Positions 36,915-49,127 of a stretch of DNA of 64,000 nt are shown here, one piece after another. The notes beneath the pieces were generated by a model. That model saw nothing but the letters and a program-made list of their open reading frames with translations, was not told where the DNA came from and did no database searches. This stretch comes from Octopus sinensis. Its lineage: Eukaryota. The stretch spans positions 23,188,001 to 23,252,000 of the forward strand of contig NC_043000.1 in assembly GCF_006345805.1 (NCBI RefSeq), in the 5' to 3' direction. Position numbers and translations under genes: made by a program. Each line of letters opens with the position of its first letter. Position 1 is the stretch's first letter.

Positions 36915-37310
36915 CACTTGGGCAAGTCTTTTTTACTATAGAGCTGAGCTAACCAAAGACTTGTGAGTAGATTGGTCGAGAGAAACTGATAGGAGCTCAT
37001 TGTATATGTGTGTATGAGTGTGTGTAGATGGAAACTGTAAGAAGCCTATTGTGTGTGTGTGTGTGTGTGTATGTGTGTGTGTGTGTGTGCGTGCATGTGT
37101 GTGTGATTTTTTTTTCCTCACTACTGCTTGACAATAGGTATGGTCTGTTTACATCCCTGTAACTTAGCTGTTTGGCAAAGATATCAACAGAATAAGTACT
37201 AGTCTGAAAATATAAGTACTTTGTGTTGGTTTGTTCAACTAAACCCTATCAAAGCTGTGCCCCAGCATGGCCACAGTCTGATAAATGACACAAGTATGAG
37301 ATAAAAGATA
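36915..37310 (+). mobile_element. SINE family A (5'-truncated, diverged)
   Basis: Body and tail motifs. Confidence 0.65.
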
Positions 37311-37451
37311 AGAGACAGTAGCTTTTACATATAGTTTCCTGCTTGTTATCTGCTATCTGATTCAGTCTCTGGTCATCTGCAGGAATACTTCTTTGTATTA
37401 TATAACTTCTTTGTCTCTCACTGTCAGTTTTATATAAATATGGATATAATA

Positions 37452-37850
37452 GGTGCAGGAGTGGCTGTGAGATAAGAAGCTTGCTTCCTAATCACATGGT
37501 TCCAGGTTGAATCCCACTGCGTGGCACATTGGGCGAGCGTCTTCTAATATAGCCACGGGCTGACCAAAGCCTTGCGAGTGGATTTGGTAGATGGAAACTG
37601 AAAGAAGCCCATCATATATATATGTCTGTATGTATTTGTTATTTGTGTCTGTGCTTGTTCCCCACCCCATCGCTTGACAACTGACGTTGGTGTTGTTACA
37701 TCCCCATCACTTAGCAGTTCGGCAAAAAGAGACTGATAGAATAAGTACTAGGCTTACAAAGAATAAGTCCTGGGGTCGGTTTGTTCGACTAAAGGTGATG
37801 CTCCAGCATGGCCGCAGTCAAATGACTGAAACAAGTAAAAGAACAAAAGA
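37452..37850 (+). mobile_element. SINE family A, full length
   Basis: Head to AAAAGA tail. Confidence 0.9.
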
Positions 37851-37968
37851 ATACCATTGTCTTGTTTTTGTTGTGGAACCCCAAGCCAACACTGACTAGA
37901 CTTATAATCAAAGACATTCCATCCTTCTATTTTTAAGAATATATAAAATTATATTATATAATGTATCC

Positions 37969-38275
37969 AAGGCGGCAAGCTGGCAGAAAAGTTAGCATGC
38001 CAGGCAAAATGCTTAGCGATTTTTCTTCTGTCTTTACATTCTGAGTTCTGTTGTTGGAGCACTGCATCCTTCAAAACTTCCATGCTTCCTGAGATTCGCC
38101 AACACTACACCCGATTTTCTCCTCTCCATACACACGCAAGCATGTATCTGATTCATACACTGTTCACATCCCAGACATTTGTACATTACTGCATATGCTT
38201 TATATGCACTTTTGACAAGTTGTGGTGCACCTGAGCGCACTGTATACAATAATTTCATTATTATTATTATTATTA
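37969..38275 (+). mobile_element. SINE B head (37969-38047) fused to a CR1 3' end (38048-38275)
   Basis: Head stops within the B box at CTGAGTT; the rest is near-identical to 35335-35553. Confidence 0.75.
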
Positions 38276-38289
38276 CACCTTTAACAAAA

Positions 38290-38570
38290 AAAGGTAAATA
38301 TAAAAGGAGAAAGGGGCTTTCTACCCACCTTTTGACCAGGCCCCCATGGCTTTTATGGGTTTTTCTACAAGTAACCTTTCGAAGCGCCTCCCCCTATTGG
38401 GAGTTTTGCTACATATTTTCATTGTTATTTCACATTTTTTACACAGACTTTTTTCAAACGGACAAAACCCTTTTGTAACTTTCATCCTGTATTTTGTCCC
38501 TACATGTTTTAATTGATTTTTATTAGCCCTTGTGGCCAATAAACGAATTAATTATTATTATTATTATAAA
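38290..38570 (+). mobile_element. Tx1/L1-like LINE 3' UTR with (ATT)n tail
   Basis: Homologous to 53750-53945 and 61985-62190. Confidence 0.6.
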
Positions 38571-39196
38571 GATATCCTTCAGCTTTCACACTCACCTTCT
38601 CCTAGACGTATTCTGTTTCTTCTCCCTAGACATGTTTGGATCTTACTTTGGGCTCACAAACCAAAAATTTATGTCAGGGTCACATTCCTCTCAAAGTATA
38701 AATTATATTTTATAACCTTATCTCTATATATCTCATTTCTTGTCGTGGGTACAAAGTTCACCTGGTTCTGTCTCACCTGCCACTTCAGAAGATAGTGACT
38801 CTTTGAGGTTTACATTACTGATTGCTGATTTATCTATTTGTGTTACAAAACTTCAGCTGTGTTACACCAAACACAGCCTGATGTTTACCAAATATAGAAA
38901 TTGACCTCCACCTGACCTCTTTGTGTTTACAAGATCCCTGGCTCTTAACTTTGATAAGGCTTTTTTTCAGGTGAGCTATAAAATTGGTCCTTCTCACCTG
39001 TTGCTGTTAGCCCTGTTGTCACTCCTTAGTGATCAATCATGCCCTCTTCTCATCTACTGCTGCTGCTGTTTAGTCCTAGGTCAATCTTGATTGATTATAC
39101 CCATGACCAAAGGCTTTCCAGTTATGACCACTACTCATCTTGTTTCAGGAATAAGATGAATAGGAAATATCAAACAAAAACCTAATGCACGAAAGG

Positions 39197-39899
39197 GATA
39201 GAGATGCAGGAAAAGCAGTAAAATGTGTCAACTGATGCAGACTTCATGGCGTTAACACCAAAGATATCACATCATAAACAGTTGTCTGAAAATATCATGA
39301 CATTATTATCTACCAATAAGACATGATAGTGTAGCTGGGACACTCAATAATGAAATCCATCTGAAGGATAACCTACATGACGAAGAAGTAAGAACCCACA
39401 GTAAGGTGGAAGTAATAGCCACTCACAATAAAAAGGAGTTCTGGTGGAATGTCCCAGTGAAAACCTCAATGAAATGTAAACACAATAGACCTGATATAAT
39501 GATTTGGGATAGAGAAAAGAAACTGTGCACAGTTGTGAAAATTAACTGCCCAGTAGATGTTAACATATAGCTGAAGATCAGTGAAAAAGAGAACACCTAT
39601 GCTGAACTATTGAGAAATCTGCAGTTTCTCTATCCAGATTACAAGTTCAAGTCTATACCTGTAATTATTGGGGCCCTGGAATACGTAACACACTGCCTAA
39701 ATACCAATGTTGAGAAATTAGGCTTCTCAAAACCAGAAGGAGAAAGCTAATTCAAAGGCTACAGATCCAATCCATCACTGGAACTGTAAAAATCTGTAAA
39801 ACTTTTCAGAAGTTTATCATTTAAATATATATGAGCATGTCCAGATATGCAACTATGTGCATGAGAATACATGCATGAAACAAAGCATACAAATCTGCA
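39197..39899 (+). mobile_element. R4/Dong-clade (restriction-like endonuclease) LINE 3' fragment
   Basis: CRLHG..ITH..RHD, WWNVPVKT..HNRPDIMIWD, IPVIIGAL; ORF stop at 39822-39824; runs into (ACAT)n. Confidence 0.8.
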
Positions 39900-39927
39900 C
39901 ACATACATACATAAATACATACATACA

Positions 39928-39961
<34 letters not shown>

Positions 39962-40221
39962 CTTACATGCATGCATACATACATACATACATACATACAC
40001 ACATACATACATACATACATACATACATACATACATACATACATACACATACATACATACATACATACATACATAAATACATACATACATAAATAAATAA
40101 ATACATACATACATACATAAATACATACATACATACATACATACATACATACATACATACATACATACATACATACATACATACATACATACAAACATAC
40201 ATACAAACATACATACATACA
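39900..40221. repeat. (ACAT)n microsatellite, ~320 bp
   Basis: Directly visible. Confidence 0.95.
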
Positions 40222-40893
40222 AAAAATACCTTTTTGTAGTTGTTGAAATTCCATTGAAGGAGCATTGGATCTAGGTTAGAAACCGGCTCTTTCTCTATTA
40301 GTAAGAAATTAGAAAGAAATACATATGCACACATGCACATACAAGCACACACATACATATAAGTATGTTGTTAATATAATTTAATAACTTAAGAAAGTTA
40401 TAATTATAGCTAATTCTCTGCTAAGAATAAACACATCTCTCCACTCTTAAAACTATTAACTCCTCAGAACAAGAGAATATATTTCTGCTTTTTTCCTACG
40501 ATAAGTTTTAGTTATATATCCTTTCTGCTTTCATTTCCTTTCCAAAATGTACATCAAATCCCCTTTGTTCTCACATCTGTAATACCTCCCTGCGTCTGTT
40601 TATCATTGTGTCTCTCATAAAACTAAGCACAATCAGTTTGAAAGAAGATTAATGTTCCCTGTAAGTTATCATAGGTAGAATATCAAGTGGTAGATAACCT
40701 AATCTTGGATTTGATTATATTTCAGAATACTAGCTCAGTTATCTAGTCAATATATTATCACTCCGCTATTGAACTGCTCTATCTTTTGGCATCTAATTCC
40801 AAACTAAAATCTAAACAGGAAGGTTAGTGCTAACGTACTTAATAGAGTAAAGATATTTAAATTAAATAGATATTTCAGTTAGTTACAAATTAC

Positions 40894-41321
40894 GGATCTT
40901 TTTGGTTTGAACAGCAGTTTTTAAAAATAATTTCCACGTAACTAAACACTTTTAAACTTCGTATACTGGTAGAATGTATTTATAAAACATCTTTTTCTCT
41001 AGGCTTTATTGAGAAAATTCTATAGTTTGTAAGATATTTGTTGTTTTTTTTTCTTCAATTTCTGCAATTTCAACCAATCCATGACGTCTATTGAGGTGAA
41101 AACATTCTGTGCCGTATGAATATGTCCCTCGTTTAAGAAACAGATTGAGTTTAGTTATATTTCTGGAAAAAAAAAATACCCTTCCCCCCACCCCTAACCC
41201 TAACTCTAACCCTAACCCTAAAACAGATTGAAATGCAATAGATCGATACTAGGGTCATAATTATGGGTGACAATTTCGTATGACACCGCTAGAAAAACTG
41301 CTGTTCAAACCGAAAAGATCC
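40894..41321. mobile_element. MITE with 28-29-bp TIRs and internal (CCCTAA)5
   Basis: GGATCTTTTTGGTTTGAACAGCAGTTTTT / AAAAACTGCTGTTCAAACCGAAAAGATCC; flanks CAAATTAC and AAAATTAC (7/8 match, possible 8-bp TSD); telomere-like repeat at 41192-41221. Confidence 0.85.
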
Positions 41322-41970
41322 AAAATTACACCTGTCATGAGAAGAAAGAAATCAATGTTGTTAGGATAATTCTGGTCAAAAGAGGCAAGGGAGACAACCC
41401 TAAAAATTTGATTAATTAAAACTGTTTAAAAATAGGTTATGGATAATGTAGTGGGAAGCATGTTTGATCTGACAATTCTGTGACAACCCTAATAAATTAC
41501 TGGTACTACTAAATCAAAAAAGATGTTGTATGTTAAGGCATGGTATTTACATCTGTCTATACATAGGATGTTGGTTGAAAATCTATGGCTGTGTGGTTAA
41601 GAAGCTTGTGCTGCAAACATGTGGTGTCAGGTTCAGTCCCACTGTGTAGATCCTTGAGCAAGTGTCTTCTTTTACAGTCCTGAGGTGGCCAATGCCTAGT
41701 GAGTAGGTTTGGAAGACAGAAACAAAAAGAAGCCTGTTGTATATTTACATTCCTATATGTTTCGGCGAGTGAGTGTGCTACTGTTCCTTTGCCTTGACAT
41801 TGCATGGTAATAAGCAAATGTCACCATAATGCAAGCAGTATCCTTTATTTCAGTATTCTAAGAAAATATTCTATGAAAATATGGTCATGGAGAATATTAC
41901 CTTACTGGGAAGCAGGTGAGGGCTGGTGACAGGGAGAGCATCCAGCTGTAGAAAATCCACAGTAAGTTCT

Positions 41971-42300
41971 CATCATCATCATCATCATTGTTTAACATCT
42001 GTTGGCCATGCTAGCATGGGTTGGACAGTTCGACTGAGGTCTGGGAAGCCAGGAGGCTGCACCAGGCTCCAGTCAGATCTGGCAGTGTTTCTACAGCTGG
42101 ATGCCCTTCCTAACGCCAACCACTCCGTGAGTGTAGTGGGTGCTTTTTACATGCCACCGGGAGAGACTGGCAATGGCCATGATCAGTTGGTGCTTTTTAC
42201 ATGCCACCGGCATGGAAGGAAGCCAGTCAAGGTGGCGCTGGCATCGGCCACGTTCGGATGGTGCTTTTTTACATGCCGCCAGCACAGGTATCACAACTAC
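41971..42300 (-). mobile_element. Family C copy with three internal units
   Basis: Reverse complement of core and units. Confidence 0.85.
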
Positions 42301-42679
42301 TTATGTATATATATATATATAATTTAATAGACAATATGTTTTTATGTGCTAAAGTTTTAGTTTGTTTAAATGCAAATGAGCATGGAAAAGTGGACGTTAA
42401 AATGATAATTATGATGATAGTATACGGTATATTATATATATAATCATGATAATATATGCTATATATATGCTGTATCATCATCATCATCATCCTTTCGGGG
42501 TTGATAAGTTAAGTACTAGTTGCGTACTGGGGTCAATCTAATCGAGCCCCTTCCCCCCAAATTTCAGGCCTTGTGCTACAGTAGACACGAATATCATCAT
42601 TATCATTTAATGTCCATTTCCCACACTGGTATGGGCTGGACGGTATAGGTACATATATTAGCATGATAATATATATCTA

Positions 42680-42850
42680 TTTTTCATTTTTTCATCCTCT
42701 CTGTTCATTTTCTCTTATTCCTTTCTGTTGAAGAGCATAGGCTCAAAATGTAAAAGATATTTTCATTTTTCCCCCGAGCATCAAACTAATGCACTTGCTG
42801 GTTGTTCATACATCTGTCTTCATCTTTTGTTTGTCTATAAATTTCAACTA
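42680..42850 (+). mobile_element. Family P element (degenerate hammerhead-like motif)
   Basis: CTTT-CTGTTGA-A-GAGC(ATAG)GCTC-AAAAT-GTA-AAAG at 42721-42756. Confidence 0.55.
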
Positions 42851-42988
42851 TATATATGTATATATATATATATGATTCTATGTGTGTGTGTGTCTTTCTG
42901 CCTGTGTTTCTGAGTTTGTTCCTACCTCATCCCATCCATCCCACTGTTTGACAATCAGTGTTGGTTTGTTTACATCCCACTAGCTTAA

Positions 42989-43096
42989 CCTTTAGCACAC
43001 AGCATCTTTGGTAGAATTGTTTCCCCAGCCAATTCCCTGTCACGACAAGGGAGAAAACTCATACAGTGACATGATGCACCTACAGTGTGCTAAAGG
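42989..43096. mobile_element. 108-bp TTAA-type MITE inserted in a SINE A 3' half
   Basis: TTAA|CCTTTAGCACAC ... GTGTGCTAAAGG. Confidence 0.55.
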
Positions 43097-44016
43097 TACA
43101 GCAAAAGAGGTGTGCTAAAAGTTCAGCAAAAGCGACTTAAAGAATAAGCACTGCGGCAGATTTGTTCAACTAAAGCCCTTCAAGGCTGTGCCCCAGCTTG
43201 GCCAAAGTCCAATGACTGAAACAAATAAGAGAGAAAAAATATATTTTTATAATAAAATGCATTTTTTCCAAAGCTATTATACAGTGTAGCACCAAGAGAT
43301 AATATTTTAAAATCTTTTGCCAAGAACCCTGTTGAACACCTGAAATCTTTAGTTTCTTTTTATCAAAGGAAACACAACACCTGGCATAATTAGCTTACTT
43401 CATTTAAATAGATATTCCATCTTAACTAAGTATTAAAATCTTTTATTAAATTAGTATCATGTTCCTTTTTATATCAGAAGGAAATAGATATTAACTAAAC
43501 TTCTATCCATTCAGCCATTGTTTTTAATCTTGTGCCCTCATCCCCACAACAATTCTTACAGTCTCATATGAACGTGATTCTATTTCCCCAAATATAGCAG
43601 CTTCACTGTTCTGACCTAGAATTTTGGTATTAACCAGACCTAACAGTTGTGCCTCATGATTGTAAGATATTGGTTTCGAATCCTGGCTTGGGCAATGCAT
43701 TATGTTCTTGAGCAAAACACTTCATTTCTTTTTTGCTTTTGTCCACTCAGTGGGTAAAAAAGCATAACCCTGTGACAGACTGGTGTCCCACCCAAGGAGG
43801 AATATATAAACCAGAGAAACCAAGAAAGCAGTCCTATGCTCCTAATGAAGTAATATGGACAAACCAAATCCAACATTTCCTGGTTTAACAGTAACATGCT
43901 ACACACACACAATTCCTGATTGGGAGATTATGGTTTCAATCCTCAGACTGGGCAGTGCATTATTTTCTCAAACAAAACACTTCATTTCCCATTGCTCCAG
44001 TCATCGTCATCATCAC

Positions 44017-44051
<35 letters not shown>

Positions 44052-45432
44052 CCATCACCATCACCATCACCATCATCATCATCACCACCATCATCACCAC
44101 CACCATCATTCATTGTCTTGGTGAGACTCAACACTCAAAAGGGGGCATTTCACATACCACCAGCATCAACCACTTTGCCTCCATGAGACCCAACATTTGA
44201 AAGGTGCTTTTTATGTGCCACCAGCACAGGTACCAGTTACATGACACCAGCAAGAGCCATGACTACGATTTTTAGTCACTCAACTAAAAATTAGTACCAG
44301 TAATATCTGGGGGTTAACTCTACAACATACTGGTGTCTTGTTTGGAGTCGGGGTTGTATAATACTCTTGGCTGCTTTCACATTACAGGAACAAGAATAAG
44401 CTCTGGCTTAATGTGTCTGTAGACCTGTGACAGGCCTAGACTTAAGAGACTAACTAGAAGGAAATAAATCATATTTGTCTTGCTAGGAACTTACTACCAT
44501 TCTTCTGCACTGCTTCTCTAGTATACTGGAGTTGAAGCAATTGATTGTGTCTGTTTCCTTAATAAAAATTCGTCTTATGTCTGAGAAAAAATCAATATTA
44601 ATTAAAAAAAATTAGTCTACATTTAAGTCTGTGTGTGTGATAACTAAACTGAGTTTCTTAACATTCTGTTAATTTACATATCCAAACCAAAGAGAGTTAA
44701 GTGTTTTTATTGTATTTTATTTTGTGTTATGTTATTTTGTTTATTTATTGTAAACTGAATAAAATATATTACAAACCAAAAGAAGACAAATTATATTTTG
44801 AGCAGACATTTTATATTCCTTATGAAGAATTTTTCTTAAATATTAGTTTAAAATAGATTAAAGAAAAATAAAAACAGAAAGAAAAACAAAGATTTCAGGT
44901 GACTGAAAAAAGAAAATTCATCTATTAATTAGTAATGAAGTAAAGTTTTATAATTAAAAAAAAATTAGGATAAAGATTTTTTCCATTAGTCTTACTAAAA
45001 TGCTAACACAAGGGAAATATTTATAATTTACTGGTAGAAGTCCTCTTCACATTTACAAACTAGTATTTAATCTTATTTATTTTTTTTATCATTCTATCTT
45101 TTACTTGTTTCAGTCATTAGACTGCGACCATGCTGAGGCTAATTGTTTTAAAGGTTTTCCGTTTTTGCAATCTTGCAATTGTTTGCAATCTTAATCATTC
45201 ACTTTTTGATGCTTGTATATGTCAGATGAAATTCGATGAGGCAGATTTGCTACACCTGGATGCTCTTTCTGTTGCCAACCTTCACCTGTTTCCAAGCAAG
45301 GTAACACATCCTCATGACCAAACACATGCTTATGCAAAACTGGAAATAAATGACACTATTTGTATGACATTAACACTTATTTTACAACTATCATACAATG
45401 TCAAGGAGACACAGACACAGTCATACATACAT

Positions 45433-45985
45433 GGTGGCTGCCCCCTCGTTATCGAGTATTGGCCATTGCACGAAGCTTAATCAATGTTATTATCGTGCAA
45501 TGCCTGTGCAAGAAGATGTTTTTTAAAGTGAGGAAAGGCTGTGCACTGAGTCAATCCCACTCACTAAGCAACAGCAGCCATAATCCGAAAAGAAGAACAA
45601 GTCAACATCATCGGTAACTACTGAGCCACAGGTTTTATGTCGGAGTTATCCCAGTTACCTGAGTTACCTTCTCCTAGAAGGATGCCCTAATAAAGGCTAG
45701 GAGTCCTTCACTCCCAATGGTTTAACCGCGCAATCAGGTATTCAGTCCGATTATTTCTATGTCCCCGCGCATGATACACCCTTAAAACATTTATTGGATG
45801 GCCGTTGACTCTCAAGAGTTCCTCCGCCCTTTGACGGGTTTTGTTTTTCATCCCGCAGGGTGTCCAATAAACACCCTCCTCACCAAGCAAACTTGGTGGG
45901 GTTGCCGGTTTAGTTGTCGACGACCCGACCATGCAACAGATTGTACTGGGTTACATGTTACCAGTAGCACTCGAAAGTGACCTGA
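45433..45985 (-). mobile_element. Non-autonomous RTE-derived element flanked by (ACAT)n
   Basis: CTAGGAGAAGGTAACTC (45661-45677) resembles RTE 5' UTR motifs; ends ..CTCGATAACGAGGGGGCAGCCACC(ATGT)n; no RT coding. Confidence 0.55.
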
Positions 45986-46019
45986 CATACATACATACAT
46001 ACATACATACATACATACA

Positions 46020-46300
46020 GCCAAATAAAGAAAATTTGGCCCTCAGATCTCTGCATTCAATAAAACAGTGACCCATAATGTGTTTGTAGTGCCAGTACTC
46101 ATACCAACATTTGGGCTGCATGATTAGATGCTTGATGAGATCCGAGCCTTTGATGTAAAAACCCAGAAGATACTAACTAGCACACATAATTCCACATAAA
46201 CAGTGATGTAAACCGCCTCTACCTAAAACAAAAACAAGGCAGCAGAGGCTTAACATCAATCCAAAATGCCTTTGAATGTCACATCATATCCCTTTGGCAA
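46020..46300 (+). mobile_element. R4/Dong-clade RT thumb fragment
   Basis: AFNKTVTHNVF.VPVLIPTFG..LDEIRAFDVKT.KILT..INSDVNRLYLKQKQG.RGL; begins right after (ACAT)n. Confidence 0.7.
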
Positions 46301-46488
46301 CATCTTTTTACCACCAAGTTTCAAAGTGCATCCCTTGCTCAAATTTCAGGCTTGGAAGACAGCTCCTTGTGTAGCATTCCTTGTCCGATAACCTTAAATG
46401 CCCCAAAAAGTTGCATGACTCTACCACAACTTGGATATGTTCGTAGAAATCTCCAAGATTATAGTAACACTGATCATCAAAGCAGTTT

Positions 46489-46524
<36 letters not shown>

Positions 46525-46578
46525 CAATTAATGTTCATTTATCATGCTTGCATGCATTGGATATACGTGTGTGTGTGT

Positions 46579-46965
46579 GGAGGCACAATGGCCCAGTGGT
46601 TAGGGCAGCGGATTTGCACTCGTAGGATCACAGTTTCGATTCCCAGACCGGGCGTTGTGAGTGTTTATTGAGCAAAAACACCTAAAGCTCCACGTAGCTC
46701 TAGCAGGGAGTAGTGGCGAACCCTACTGTACTCTTTCACCACAACTTTCTCTCACTCTTTCTTCCTGTTTCTGTTGTACCTGTATTTCAAAGGGCCAGCC
46801 TTGTCACACTCTGTGTAATGCTGAATCTCCCCGAGAACTATGTTAAGGGTACACGTGTCTGTGGAGTGCTCAGCCACTTGCTCATTAATACATTAATTAC
46901 ATGAGCAGGCTGTTCCATTGATCAGATCAACTGGAACCCAAGTCATCTTAACCAACAGAGTGCCA
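46579..46965 (+). mobile_element. tRNA-derived SINE family D
   Basis: A box TGGCCCAGTGG 46589-46599, B box GTTTCGATTCC 46633-46643, unrelated body. Confidence 0.75.
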
Positions 46966-47333
46966 TGATATATATACATATTTTATATACAACAGAAGCC
47001 GTATTAAATTAAAATAGCCATTTTTATATCACACCTAATGTAAATACATTGCAAAAATGCATCTTTACTCTACTATTTGACCTGAGATAATGACTCTTAT
47101 GGACATACTGTGTTTGGAAGATAGAAGTGACAGCAAGAATACTAGTAGAATATTTTTGCCTTCTTGGGTTTTGTCACACAATTTTCATCTACAACTGATG
47201 TATTTGTATTTTCAAACACCATATGTCAATATGAGATATTATCTCCAGACAAACATCACAGTAAATTTGCTTTTTCACAAAGTATTTGCATTAAGTATGA
47301 TACACTGATGGTTACATATATATATATATACAT

Positions 47334-47369
<36 letters not shown>

Positions 47370-47857
47370 CAAATCAAAATTGCTAATGTGACAGAACCAC
47401 CTGATTGGCACTTGTGCCAGTGGAACATTAAAAAAAGCATGTCCAAGCGTGATTGTTGCCAGGGCCACAGATTGGTTCCTGTGCCAGTAACACGTGAAAA
47501 GCACCATTTGAGCGTGATCGTTGCCAGAGTCGCCTTACTGGCACATGTGCTGGTGGCACATGAAAAACAACATTTGAGTATGCTCGTTGCCAGTGCTGCC
47601 AGACTGGCTCCCATGCCGCTAGCACGTAAAAACACCTTTTGAGTGTGGTCATTGCCAGAACCGTCTGACTGGCCCTTGTGCCGGTGGCACGTAAAAAGCA
47701 CCCACTAAACTCTCGGAGTGGTTGGCGTTAGGAAGGGCATCCAGCAGTAGAAACTTTGCCAGATCAGATTGAGCCTGGTAAAGCCTTCTGGTTCACCAGC
47801 CCTCAGTCAAACCGTCCAACCCATGCCAGCATGGAAAGCCAATGTTAAACGACGATG

Positions 47858-47862
<5 letters not shown>
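47370..47862 (+). mobile_element. Family C copy with five internal ~66-bp units
   Basis: Unit hairpins near 47413, 47480, 47546, 47612, 47677. Confidence 0.85.
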
Positions 47863-47906
<44 letters not shown>

Positions 47907-48225
47907 TCTGTTTTTGCCCACCAAACCCACTCACAGGGTTTTAGTCAATCTGAAGCTATACAAGACAGTTTCCCAAGGTACCACACAGTTGAATTGAACC
48001 CCAAACAACATAGCTGGAAGGCAAACTTCTTAACCACATAACCACTCTTCTAACAGAATTTTCCTAAATCTTTCAAACAGTATGTGTATTTTATGGAGAT
48101 TTTTCAAACTTTTCGACTTGTTACAAGCAGCATTGCCTTTATTCTTTTTTCAATTGCAATAATCTGTTGACTTAAGTAAATTTATGCAGTTTTTTCCCTT
48201 CTCTCTTCTTAACTGTGTGCATCAG

Positions 48226-48237
48226 AAAGAGCAGAGA
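48226..48237 (+). CDS. Candidate 12-nt microexon
   Basis: Long polypyrimidine tract 48190-48210, TTAAC, TGC at 48218-48220, CAG|AAAGAGCAGAGA|GTAAGT. Confidence 0.3.
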
Positions 48238-48423
48238 GTAAGTCTTCTTTACTGTCATGTTGCTTACTGGAAAATATATACACTTCACTCTTGTTTTACA
48301 TAGTAAACAGGTGTACACATTAGCAGCGTAAAGTTACATTCTTTGGATTTATATATTTTCTTATTTTTATTGACGCTCCTCTTCTTCATCTTCTATCCTC
48401 TTCCTTCCTATCATTATCATCAT

Positions 48424-48458
48424 CGTTGTTGTTGTTGTTGTTGTTGTTGTTGTGTTGC

Positions 48459-48506
<48 letters not shown>

Positions 48507-48548
48507 AAGTAAAAAAACTTAAAATAAAAAATAAAAGAAATAAAAGAA

Positions 48549-48583
<35 letters not shown>

Positions 48584-48887
48584 CATTATTATTATTGCTC
48601 CCCTTTATTTTTCTTCTTCTTCTTCTTCTTCTTCTTCTTCTTCTTTTCTTCTTCTTCTTCTTCTTCTTCTTCTTCTTCTTCTTCTTCTTCTTCTTCTTCT
48701 TCTCATCCTCTTCATCCTCTACCTTATTCTTCTTCACCTTTTCTTTTTTTCTTTTCCTTCTCTTCTATGTTTCTTTCCAGTTACTGTTGTTGTTTCTGCT
48801 ACTGCAGCAGTTGTTGTTGTCGTTGTCGTTGTTGTTGTCGTTGTCGTTGTTGTTGTCGTTGTCGTTGTTGTTGTTGTTGTCGTTGTT

Positions 48888-48930
<43 letters not shown>

Positions 48931-48986
48931 TTGTTGTTGTCGTTGTTGTTGTCGTTGTCGTTGTTGTTGTCGTCGTTGTCGTTGTT

Positions 48987-49023
<37 letters not shown>

Positions 49024-49127
49024 TTGTCGTTGTCGTTGTTGTTGTCGTTGTCGTTGTTGTTGTCGTTGTCGTTGTTGTTGTCGTTGTCGTTGTCGTTGTT
49101 GTTGTCGTTGTTGTTGTTGTTGTCGTC
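48424..49127. repeat. Compound (GTT)n/(ATT)n/(CTT)n/(GTT,GTC)n microsatellite block
   Basis: Directly visible; source of the 286-aa, 186-aa and poly-Thr ORFs. Confidence 0.95.

Noticed and set aside
41192-41221. Telomere or interstitial telomeric fusion site
   Set aside because: Only five units, located inside a TIR-bounded MITE
44495-44525. Minus-strand 31-nt exon candidate (YTREAVQKNG, GTAAGT donor)
   Set aside because: Signals are at chance frequency and it could not be phased with neighbouring candidates
45895-45985. HDV-like ribozyme at the 5' end of the RTE-derived element
   Set aside because: Hairpins are present but the helix order, L3 and catalytic C/J4-2 do not match on either strand
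46308-46493. 61-aa minus-strand ORF (MINCFDDQ..)
   Set aside because: Sits between (TA)n and a LINE fragment and looks like a degenerate Tc1/mariner-type end; no support as a host exon
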